A DNA stretch of 64,000 bases, from the NCBI GenBank assembly GCA_963785305.1, contig CAWAUV010000005.1:672001-736000 (forward strand), written 5' to 3'. The DNA is from an uncultured Planctomycetaceae bacterium (lineage in GTDB: Bacteria > Planctomycetota > Planctomycetia > Pirellulales > PALSA-1355). Positions 32,224 through 40,618 of the stretch are shown in pieces (positions within the stretch are counted from its first letter, which is position 1; the number at the start of each line of letters is the position of its first letter). A program made the translations under genes and the position numbers. The notes beneath the pieces are model-generated. The model was given only the letters and a program-made list of their open reading frames with translations, had not been told where the DNA came from and did not search any database.

Positions 32224-32440
32224 CTTTCTCGGTGCTGATACTTTTCACCACCCCCTCGTAGATGGTGCATTTCCCATCCGTGATCTTGGTAAAAACCTGC
32301 CATCGATCATCGGGCTTTGACTCGATGGGCGCCGTGGCTTCGAACGTCACATCGCAGGGCGCTTGTTCATCGGCGTTTGAGACCTGAACAAATCCGTACA
32401 TGCACAACGCAACGGCTAGATAACAGCGATTTGGAATCAT
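32224..32440 (-). pseudogene. Small secreted protein interrupted near its C-terminus by the IS
   Basis: MIPNRCYLAVALC...STEKV reads into the IS end; removing the IS restores ...EKVNRLLLRHMLPAP* (stop 30836-30838). Confidence 0.55.
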
Positions 32441-32773
32441 GGTTGCAGCTTCCTTAAAAAACGCGTTGGTTCATTGACCGACTGCCGCCATGCTGCCAAT
32501 CCGGTACCTGCGAAAGCACCGGTGGTCCGCTAGCATTCACGGCGCCCGTCACGTTCATGACGAGCAACATTCCAGGAGCAGTTCTATAGGCCGCGAATCT
32601 CGTCGGCCAGCGTGTTTCCCTGGTATTCGCATCGTGACCAACTTACGTAGTACACTCGCCGGTTTGCCAGCGCTCCCTTCTGGTAAACGAAAAAACGGCC
32701 CCGTGCGCCGAGGCGCAAACGGCGGTTACCGTATCTCGCGCGGGTGATCGCCGCGCGGATCGACGCCAGTGGC

Positions 32774-33055
32774 TCAGACCACATGCAGCGTGGGGCGGCG
32801 GCGGGCGGTGCGCACGAAGCCGACGCTCTCGAGCGCCTTGTAGACTTCTTCGAGCGTCTTTTCCCCGAAATTCGAAATGCTCAAAAGGTCTTCCCGCGTG
32901 GAATTCAGCAAGTCGTTCACAGTGAAGATGCCGCGTTCCTCGAGGCAGTTCGTGGTGCGAACCGTCAGACCGATCTCGGCGGTGCTCATCTCCAGCCGCG
33001 CGGCCATATCCTGAGCTTCGTTGCCAACCGTGGGCAAAGGAATGCGTGTCGACAT
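32774..33055 (-). CDS. Stand-alone RNA polymerase alpha-subunit C-terminal-domain protein
   Basis: IGLTVRTTNCLEERGIFTVNDLL...LLSISNFGEKTLEEV matches alpha-CTD; own RBS (AGGGAGG); no alpha-NTD. Confidence 0.88.
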   Translation of the reverse strand: MSTRIPLPTVGNEAQDMAARLEMSTAEIGLTVRTTNCLEERGIFTVNDLLNSTREDLLSISNFGEKTLEEVYKALESVGFVRTARRRPTLHVV

Positions 33056-33231
33056 GATGGGGTCCCTCCCTTGTGCAAGAAAATAAAAACGGCTCTTATC
33101 GAACCGAACATACGCCAAGCCGGGCATGCGATCCGCCCTTGCAAGCGGCCGATGCGCGGCGCCTCCCTGATGCCGCATTGACCCGGTAGCATAGCAGGGC
33201 GCCGAAAAAAATCCAACCCGACTTTTCCGAC

Positions 33232-33801
33232 TCACTGCCCCTGCATCACGCGAATCAGCTCCTGCATGCTGGTCACTCCGCGAGCCACCAGCAGCACGCC
33301 TTCGTCTTGCAAGTTGCGGTGCTTGGCTTTGCGAGCGGCGTCGCGCAGCAGCTCCAGCTTCGGTTGCTTGACGAGTATCTGCCGCATGGGGTCGGTCACC
33401 ATGAGCAACTCATAGATTCCGGTGCGTCCCACATAGCCAATGCCGCCGCAGGCCTCGCATTTGATTTCCGGATGCTTCGGATCGATCGGCTTCGTGGGCG
33501 GACGATAAAAGGCCGGCAGCTTCGGCGGCAGGCCGAAGCGCTGTATCACTTCGGGCGGCGGCGCGTAGGCCTCCTTGCATTTTTCGCACAACTTGCGAAC
33601 CAGCCGGCCGTTGACCACGGCCGTGACCGCCTTGGCATATTCGAGCGGCGGAACCTTGAGCGTCAAGATTCGCAACAGCGCCTCGACCGCTTCCTTGGCC
33701 CGGGTCGAGGTAAACACGAATCGGTCCTCGTTGAGCACCTGGCCGAACAGGATCGACGCCGATTCGGCGTTGACCATGTTGCGCACCACGAACGCGTCGG
33801 G
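33232..33801 (-). pseudogene. C-terminal fragment of a PilB/GspE-like secretion ATPase, N-terminus missing
   Basis: RLVRKLCEKC...CEACGGIGYVGRTGIYELL...GVTSMQELIRV; homology ends at the REP half-site near 33802. Confidence 0.85.
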
Positions 33802-33803
33802 GG

Positions 33804-33820
33804 AAATCAAAGGGGTCAGG
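33804..33820 (+). repeat. 5' half of a RAYT-associated REP, serving as the 5' exon of the group II intron
   Basis: AAATCAAAGGGGTCAGG, identical to 34752-34768 and ending exactly at the intron GTGCG. Confidence 0.85.
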
Positions 33821-34749
33821 GTGCGCCGGCGCGAAGCCGGAGGAGAGTAGCGAATGAAAGAGTCGCACGAGGCAAGGCCTAGCCAGCCACCTCGGCCTCG
33901 AGTGATGCGTCGTGTCGGGCAACTGGCAGGGCGAAGCGTTCACAGAGGCACGGCCGGGCGGTGTATCGAGCTCCGAAAACATTCTTTTGTGGCGGCCGAC
34001 CTTGTCCTGACAAAGGGAAGGCAACAGTGATGTCGAACGATCATGGCGAGTCCGACGTCTCCCCCACGGAGTCTGAGACCACCCGCACGGCCGGAAACTT
34101 TTCTCGCGGAAGCCGGGAGATCCCGGGAACATCCGCTTCACCGGAAGCGGATCGGTCGGAGAAGGCGCGAGGCCACAAGTCCGACATGCACGTTCCCGGG
34201 GAGTCAGACAGTTCCATAGTACCAAAGAAGCAGGCGAACAACGACAGCGTGCCGCTGTCGGCGGAGCCCGTGGAGGGAAGGGAGCTGACCGAGGAGAACG
34301 CCGAGCAGTCGCTACTGGACCGGACACAGCGCCGGGCTCCCAGGTCGCGCGGACTGCTGGGCGTGCGAGAAGCGGCACAACGCGACAAGAAGATGCGGTT
34401 CAACAATCTGCTGAACCATGTCACGCCCGAACTGCTGGTGGCGAGTTTCTTCGACCTGAAGAAGCAAGCCGCGCCCGGCGTCGATGGCCTGACATGGGCT
34501 CAATACGCCACCGATTTCGAAACGCGGATCGACGATCCGCACAGTCGAATCCATCGGGGAGCCTATCGAGCCAGGCCGTCCAAGCGAACTTGGATTCCCA
34601 AGCTCGACGGCAAGCCGCGGCCCCTCGGGATCGCGGCGCTGGAGGACAAGATCGTCCAGCAAGCCGTACGGACGATCCTGGAGTGCATCTACGAAGAGGA
34701 CTTTCTGGGTTTCAGTTACGGCTTTCGTCCTGGACGAAGCTGTCACCGG
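33821..34749 (+). mobile_element. Group II intron, 5' part (domains I-IV start), 3'-truncated
   Basis: Starts GTGCG; domain I landmarks GAGCTCCGAAA and GCCGAC-CTT-GTCCTGACA-AAG-GGAAGGCAAC; RT ORF follows; no domain V/VI seen. Confidence 0.9.
34186..34749 (+). pseudogene. ltrA: Group II intron reverse transcriptase/maturase, N-terminal fragment (RT0-RT2a only)
   Basis: AAPGVDGLTW, YRARPSKRTWIPKLDGKPRPLGIAALEDKIVQ and FSYGFRPGRSCH, then an abrupt junction; YADD absent. Confidence 0.9.
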
Positions 34750-34750
34750 A

Positions 34751-34781
34751 AAAATCAAAGGGGTCAGGCCTCATTGATTTT
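34751..34781 (+). repeat. Intact REP hairpin upstream of the RAYT gene
   Basis: AAAATCAA-AGGGGTCAGGCCTCA-TTGATTTT, 30 nt before the RAYT ATG. Confidence 0.85.
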
Positions 34782-34810
34782 GCTGGCGGTTGTTGGCAGG
34801 CATGGCGGCC

Positions 34811-34994
34811 ATGCCGCGACCACCACGAGCCGACGAAGCTGGCGGCGTCTACCATGCCCTGAATCGAGCGAATTCCCGGGCCAAGATATTCCGCAACGAC
34901 GCGGATTAAGAAGCCTTCGAGCACGTGCTCGGTGAAGGGCTCGCGCGGCATGCTGTCGACTTGTTCTCTTACCAGTTGATGCCCAGCCACTGGC
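34811..34994 (+). pseudogene. REP-associated tyrosine transposase (RAYT, Y1/HUH, IS200-like), truncated with an in-frame stop
   Basis: Manual translation MPRPPRADEAGGVYHALNRANSRAKIFRNDAD*EAFEHVLGEGLARHAVDLFSYQLMPSHW; TAA at 34907-34909; ends within the MPxHxH motif. Confidence 0.88.
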
Positions 34995-35156
34995 GAGGCC
35001 GGCGGTGCGCGAGGGCAGCCGCTCGACGACGCCGCGGAGCCGTTCATACAAACAGCGCGGCTCCGCGGCATTGACTTGCCAGACGGTCGCCGAGATCACC
35101 AGCGGGCCCAGGTTGGGTCCGTAGCCGGCTTCGTCGGTACCGATAAAAATGGGCAT
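34995..35156 (-). pseudogene. N-terminal fragment of an RNase HII-like protein
   Basis: MPIFIGTDEAGYGPNLGPLVISATVWQV (DEAG.GP..GP motif); truncated at the RAYT junction. Confidence 0.75.
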
Positions 35157-35247
35157 CGCGGCAGTATAGCAGGCTTCGCCCCGCGGCCAAGCGAACTGCC
35201 AGACGCGTTTGGCGAGTCGAGGCGCCCCAGATCTTGAACTCGGACGT

Positions 35248-36511
35248 TTAGCCCTTTTGAGCCATCGCGTCGGCCAGGATGCGCGAGGTGCTTTCGCGCA
35301 TGATCCGCGGGTCGACGGTTTTGCCTTCGAGCAGCGTCTTACGCACATCCTTGCCCGAGATGAATAGCGGCTTCTCGTCTTTGTGCAGCTCCATGAGATC
35401 GACCCGGCCGGCCGACTCATAGTACGCCGCGAAGCCGACCTTGACGGGCTTGATCTTCAGGTCGCCCTTGAGATTGCCGAAGATTTCTTGGGCATCGAAA
35501 TCACCCCAGATCGCCGTGCCGTCGTGATACGGCGCGTCGGCGTGTTTGCGGCCGATGATAATGTCCGTGAAGCCGAAGTTCTGGCGATAGATGCCGTGCA
35601 TGATCGCTTCCTTCGGCCCGCCGTAGAACATCTTGATGTCGAGCCCGAGCAGAATCACGCGATCGGGAACCGATTCCTTGCGCGGACCCCAGAGCTTCTG
35701 GTCGCTGTCGCCTTCGCCCAGCGCCGGGTATCGATCAGCGCTTCGTAGGTGTGCATGCGCACTTCGGCGTTTACATCGTCGCCCTTGGTTTCGCCGATCA
35801 GCGGGTTCAGGGCCGCGCCGGCGTTGTGGCCTTCGCGAAGCAGCGTTTCGAGGCCATAAACCAAAGCGTATTCATGGGCCCGATGCAGCGGGTTGCGGGT
35901 CTGAAACGCCACGACCCGATTCCAGCCCTTGCTCGCCAGCAGTTTGCGGACCTCGCGCGGCGAGAGCACATATTTGCCGAAGCTGCGGCATGCTTCGGCT
36001 GCGGCAGCACGCGCACCGTGCCGCCGACGAGATGCGTCTTGTCGGCGTCGCCCTTGAGCACCATGTCGGCGCCCGGATGATCGGTGCGGTCTGTCAGATA
36101 GACGCTCTTGATGTAGCGTGGCTTATCCCAGGCGTAGACATCGTTGATGTCGAGCGTGCCGACGACCGCCCCGGCGGTGTTCACGAGCGCCACCGTTTGC
36201 CCCGGCTTGAGCGAAGCGGCCAAGTCCGCGGTGACGGGCAGCGCCAGCGGAATCGTCCAGGCGAAGAGCTTGCCTTCGTGTTCGATCACCGATTCATCCA
36301 GCACACGGTTGTACACAGCGCTGCTCATGGGACCCGTCAACGGGCTCAGGGCGCCATCGGCAAAGCGGTAGACGGTCGACAGATCGGCGTCGGACACCGG
36401 CAATTTGGGCAATTTCGCCGCGGCTGCCTTGAACGATTCGACTTCGGCTTGAGGCACGGTGCGGTCGACAAGTTCGGCGCTGGCGCCATGGGGGGCGATA
36501 AGATCGGCCAT
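35248..36511 (-). CDS. sat: Sulfate adenylyltransferase, single-subunit Sat type (two frameshifts)
   Basis: [55 protein letters not shown] and ISGKDVR motifs. Confidence 0.93.
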
Positions 36512-36700
36512 CGAAATTCAGCTCCTTGTGCAGAGTCAGATCAGCAAGCGGCGAGCCCCGCGGCCCGGCTTCGCAGTGCGGATCGAAAGCGTGTGGATCG
36601 GGAAAAGCCGTGAGTATAGAGCGAGTTTGCCGACATCGACAAGCGGAAGTCGACTAAAAACCAGCGCGGCCAGCGAGCGGACCGGGGCGGCGGCGGAGTG

Positions 36701-37201
36701 CTAGCGAAGGTAAGAGTGGCCGAGCAGGCGGCGGAGCAGGCCGATCTGGCCGGCATGGAGCATTTCATGTTCGGGGCAGAATTGCAGCGCTCCACGCTTC
36801 GTCTTCGCCATGGAAAGTGAAATCAGCGGCGGACCTTCGAGTTCCGCTTCGGTGACGGCGCCAAGTTCCGCGAGCGCGGCGGCATGCACCCGGTCGAGCG
36901 TGGCCCGCAGTTCTTCCGGCGAGGGATGGTTGCTCGGGTCGACCGCGGCCGACGATCCGCGGGCAAAATGCTTGCGAAACTCGGGCGCGATGATCGCGGA
37001 ATCCGAATCTCGCGGCCCGCGCCGCGCCGCGAGCGTCAGACCATATTCGGCCGTCGCCAAGTGTCCAACCTGCCAAGCGATATGCGATACCGGCGGCGAC
37101 GGGGTTCGGAACCAGTCTTCCGGCGGCGTGGCGTCGATGAGCGTGAGCGTGTATTTGCGAGCGAATTCGATGCGCGCGATGGTTGCTTCAACCACATTCA
37201 T
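36701..37201 (-). CDS. DinB-family protein
   Basis: SHIAWQVGHLA...EHEMLHAGQIGLLRRLLG. Confidence 0.88.
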   Translation of the reverse strand: MNVVEATIARIEFARKYTLTLIDATPPEDWFRTPSPPVSHIAWQVGHLATAEYGLTLAARRGPRDSDSAIIAPEFRKHFARGSSAAVDPSNHPSPEELRATLDRVHAAALAELGAVTEAELEGPPLISLSMAKTKRGALQFCPEHEMLHAGQIGLLRRLLGHSYLR

Positions 37202-37244
37202 GCGGTTCTCCTTGCGTCAGACATGGAACGCTTGCCGCGCCGAC

Positions 37245-38738
37245 TCAGCGACGGGCCAATTTCGAAAATCGCTCATGGGCGGCGTTCCAAGCGTCGGCCG
37301 CCGAAGGCTCGTACACCGCCACTCCAAAGCTGCGGCGCGAGACCTCGCGCGCCTCGACGATCGAGCCGATCTCGCCCGCCGCCACCGCTTGCACCAGCAA
37401 ATTGCCGATTGCGGTCGCTTCGATCGGTCCGGCGACCACGGGCCGCTGGCAGGCGTCGGCCGTGGCTTGGCAGAGCTGCGCATTTTGAGTGCCGCCGCCC
37501 ACGATGTGAATCGTTTCGATTCGCGATCCGACAAGCTGCTCGAGCCATCCGAGCACCTGACGATATCGCAGCGCGAGGCTTTCGATCGCGCAGCGAATCA
37601 CGGCGCCCTGGCTCTCGGGCGCCGCCTGTCCGGTGGCTCGGCAATACTCGCGGATCGCGGCCGGCATGTCGGGCGGGGCGAGAAACCGCGGATCGTCGGG
37701 GTCGATCAACGAGGCGAGCGGCGGGGCCGCGGCGGACAAATGATTCAGATCGGCCCAGCGCAGATTTGCCCCGCCCAGGTTCCAAATCCGCCGGCACTCT
37801 TGCACCAACCACAAGCCGGCGATGTTTTTGAGCACGCGCGTCGATCCGCCCACGCCGGCTTCGTTCGTGAAGTTCAGCGAGAGACAGCGCTCGTTGATGA
37901 TCGGGTCGGCCACTTCCACGCCCATGAGCGACCAAGTGCCCGAGCTGATATAGCACCAGTCCGGATGATTGCTCACCTCGCCCGCGGCCGGCGCGGCCAC
38001 CACGGCGCTGGCCGTGTCATGCGTGCCGGGCAGCACCACTCGCACACCCTGGAGTCCGACATCGGCGGCGACCGAGGGCCGCAAGGCGCCCAAGCAAGTT
38101 CCGGGCGGTTCGAGTTGACCCAAGATGCCGGTCGGCAATTCGAGGGCCTCGAAGAGCGGATAGGCCCAGTTCCGTGCCCGCGGATTGTAAAATTGCGTCG
38201 TGCTCGCGTTCGTGATTTCGTTGACCATCACACCCGTGAGCAGCCAATGAAATAGGTCGGGCATCAGGAGCAAATGTTCGGCGGCGGCGAGCAACGGCGA
38301 ACGCTCGAGCCGCATGGCCAGCAATTGATACAGGGTGTTGATCTGCATGAACTGCAAACCGGTGTGCTCGAAAATTTGCTCGCGGCCAATTCGCTCGAAA
38401 GCGCGATCGAGCATGCCCTCGGTGCGTCGATCGCGATACGACCGCGGGTTACCCAGCAGTTCGCCGCCGCGTCCGACAAGCCCGAAATCGACGCCCCAGG
38501 TATCAATGCCCACGCTCACGACTCGGCCCAGTCGCCCGGCGGCGGCGGATCGCAGGCCGTTGCGAATGTGCGTCCATTGGCTGAGCACGTCCCAGTAAAA
38601 ATTGTCGGCCGCGGGCACATAGGCGTTTTCGAAGCGGTAGATTTCGTCGAGCTCGAGCCGCGAGCCATTGAACATTCCGGCCACATGCCGACCGCCCGAC
38701 GCGCCGATGTCGATGGCAAGAAAAGCTTTTTCGCTCAT
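37245..38738 (-). CDS. rhaB: Rhamnulokinase (FGGY kinase)
   Basis: LAIDIGASGGR, GIDTWGVDFG, YRDRRT, HDTASAV, ISSGTWSLMG, NIAGLWLVQEC and GPIEATAIGN motifs. Confidence 0.92.
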   Translation of the reverse strand: MSEKAFLAIDIGASGGRHVAGMFNGSRLELDEIYRFENAYVPAADNFYWDVLSQWTHIRNGLRSAAAGRLGRVVSVGIDTWGVDFGLVGRGGELLGNPRSYRDRRTEGMLDRAFERIGREQIFEHTGLQFMQINTLYQLLAMRLERSPLLAAAEHLLLMPDLFHWLLTGVMVNEITNASTTQFYNPRARNWAYPLFEALELPTGILGQLEPPGTCLGALRPSVAADVGLQGVRVVLPGTHDTASAVVAAPAAGEVSNHPDWCYISSGTWSLMGVEVADPIINERCLSLNFTNEAGVGGSTRVLKNIAGLWLVQECRRIWNLGGANLRWADLNHLSAAAPPLASLIDPDDPRFLAPPDMPAAIREYCRATGQAAPESQGAVIRCAIESLALRYRQVLGWLEQLVGSRIETIHIVGGGTQNAQLCQATADACQRPVVAGPIEATAIGNLLVQAVAAGEIGSIVEAREVSRRSFGVAVYEPSAADAWNAAHERFSKLARR

Positions 38739-38813
38739 GGAGGAAAACGACCTCGCGGGCAACCGCGGTTCGAGGGATGGAAGGCGTTTTGGGCGATAAG
38801 ACCCGCGGCTTCG

Positions 38814-38916
38814 CAGCCTGTTGAAAAATGCCCTCGTGGCATTTTTCAACCTCGCCAAGCGGCCGAGCATAGCTCGTCGCGGCTTGCACAGCCTGTTGAA
38901 TATTTCAACAGGCTGT
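38814..38916. mobile_element. Short non-autonomous MITE-like element
   Basis: Ends CAGCCTGTTGAAA...TTTCAACAGGCTG; internal hairpins GTTGAAAAATGCC/GGCATTTTTCAAC and ACAGCCTGTTGAA/TTCAACAGGCTGT. Confidence 0.65.
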
Positions 38917-39136
38917 TTGGCGTGAAAAACCCAAGATGACGACGCGGCCTGCCGCGGTCAAGCGTCTCGCGATCCCCGTTTATTTTCCCGATTGCGAATC
39001 GGCCCCGCATTATGGCTGGGCAGGAGCTCCGCCGCGGTTGTCTGGCGCCAGCAGCGAGCGATCGTAGCGGTTTTGTGGAATCCGCCTGCAAGTTTTTGGA
39101 CGCCCGAGCCGATAAACAGACACGGCGATGCGATTG

Positions 39137-39165
39137 TTGACTTTGGCCAGAAACATTCGTATCAT
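39137..39165 (+). promoter_or_regulatory. Sigma70-like promoter upstream of cysH
   Basis: TTGACT-N17-TATCAT. Confidence 0.55.
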
Positions 39166-39315
39166 TCGCTGGATTGGCACATAAACACCATGATTACATC
39201 CGCGATTGTGTCTGGGACCCTCGATCCGGCGGTGCTTCCCGTGCGGCCAACCGCCGCGGAATGTGCGGCGAGCGAGCAAAATCAGGTCGAGGTCGGTCGC
39301 CGGAACATTTCTTCC

Positions 39316-40128
39316 ATGAGCAACACCCCGGCCGAACGGTTCGATGGAATCACTTCGTCAGAAGCGGCGCCGATGAACGCGACGCCAGAAACGCCAGGAA
39401 ACGCTTCGCGGGCCGAGACGCCCGCCGTGCCCGACGCCGAGGCTCTCGAGCAGCTTGCGACCTATAGTCGCGAGCTCGAAAGCGCCACGCCGCGCGAGAT
39501 CATCGCCTGGGCCGTGAAGACTTATTTTCCGCGGCTCACGATGGCCACCGCCTTCGGTCCCGAGGGCTGCTGCATTTTGCACATGCTCTCCGAGATCGAA
39601 CCCCAAACCCATGTATTCAATCTCGACACCGGCTATCAGTTCCCGGAAACACTCGAGCTCCGCCAAGAGATTGAGCGTCGCTATGGAATGAAAATCGAAC
39701 TGCACCAGCCCGAGTCCTCGGTCGCGGAATATGAAGCGTTGCATGGCGGTCCGCTTTACACGACGAAGCCGGATCAGTGCTGCGCCGATCGCAAACTGGC
39801 GGTGCTGCGAAAATCGCTTGTCGGCATGCGCGCTTGGATGAGCGGCATTCGTCGCGATCAGAGCTCGTATCGGGCCGTGGCGCCGATCGTGGGTTGGGAC
39901 AAGAAGTTCGGACTGGTGAAAATCAGCCCCTTGGCCAATTGGACCAAGAAAGAAGTCTGGAAGCTGATCACCGATCATGACATTCCCTACAACCCGCTCC
40001 ACGATCGCGGCTTCACCAGCATTGGCTGCTGGCCTTGCACCCGGGGTGTCGCGGTCGGCGAGGACGAACGCGCCGGCCGGTGGAGTGGTTTTGCCAAGAC
40101 CGAGTGCGGTCTGCACACCAGCGAATAA
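39316..40128 (+). CDS. cysH: APS/PAPS reductase, [4Fe-4S] APS-reductase type
   Basis: LDTGYQFPET, QCCADRK, SGIRRDQS, SIGCWPCT and KTECGLH motifs; start 39316 or 39373. Confidence 0.93.
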   Translation: MSNTPAERFDGITSSEAAPMNATPETPGNASRAETPAVPDAEALEQLATYSRELESATPREIIAWAVKTYFPRLTMATAFGPEGCCILHMLSEIEPQTHVFNLDTGYQFPETLELRQEIERRYGMKIELHQPESSVAEYEALHGGPLYTTKPDQCCADRKLAVLRKSLVGMRAWMSGIRRDQSSYRAVAPIVGWDKKFGLVKISPLANWTKKEVWKLITDHDIPYNPLHDRGFTSIGCWPCTRGVAVGEDERAGRWSGFAKTECGLHTSE

Positions 40129-40138
40129 GTGACGCGCG

Positions 40139-40571
40139 ATGCGAGTTTCCGCCAAGACGGAATATGCCTGTTTGGCGCTGATGGAGCTCGCGGCCCGCTA
40201 CGGCCAGCCGGAGCCGGTCACGATCCGCGCCATCGCCAAGCCCCATGGCATTCCCTCGCGTTTTCTAGTGCAGATTCTCCTGCAACTCAAAAGCGTCGGA
40301 CTGGTGGCGAGCACGCGTGGCGCTTCCGGCGGCTATAAGCTCAGCAGACCGCCCGAGGAAATTTCGCTCGGCGAAGTGATGCGGGCCATTGATGGCTCGG
40401 AACACGAATCGCTCGGCTTGGGCGGCGAGGGCCGAGCGCCGGCGGCGCGAGTGCTGCAAGACGCTTGGCGCGAAATCGCCCAGGTGGAGCGCGAGAGCGC
40501 TCCAGTCGCTCACCTTCGGCGAACTGGCCGACCGCATGAAGCTCGACGCCGAGAGCATGTACTATATTTGA
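40139..40571 (+). CDS. Rrf2-family transcriptional regulator, CymR-like (frameshift near 40497)
   Basis: SAKTEYA, FLVQILLQLK..GLV.STRGASGGY.L and C-terminal MYYI; no Cys cluster ligands visible. Confidence 0.88.
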
Positions 40572-40618
40572 TCGCGCGGTTCGCATCGCCGGCTTTGATC
40601 CGCGCATGCGGCGTGAAT

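Noticed and set aside
33804..34781. The 17-bp direct repeat read as a target-site duplication or CRISPR repeat flanking the RT
   Set aside because: Group II introns make no TSD, and there are only two copies about 950 nt apart with no cas genes. The second copy is half of a hairpin tied to a RAYT gene.
33961..34935. RT as a retron, DGR or CRISPR-associated RT, or as a full 324-aa protein
   Set aside because: It is preceded by group II intron RNA starting GTGCG and has maturase-type RT0-2 motifs. No TR/VR pair is seen, and the tail after 34749 is read-through into REP/RAYT DNA.
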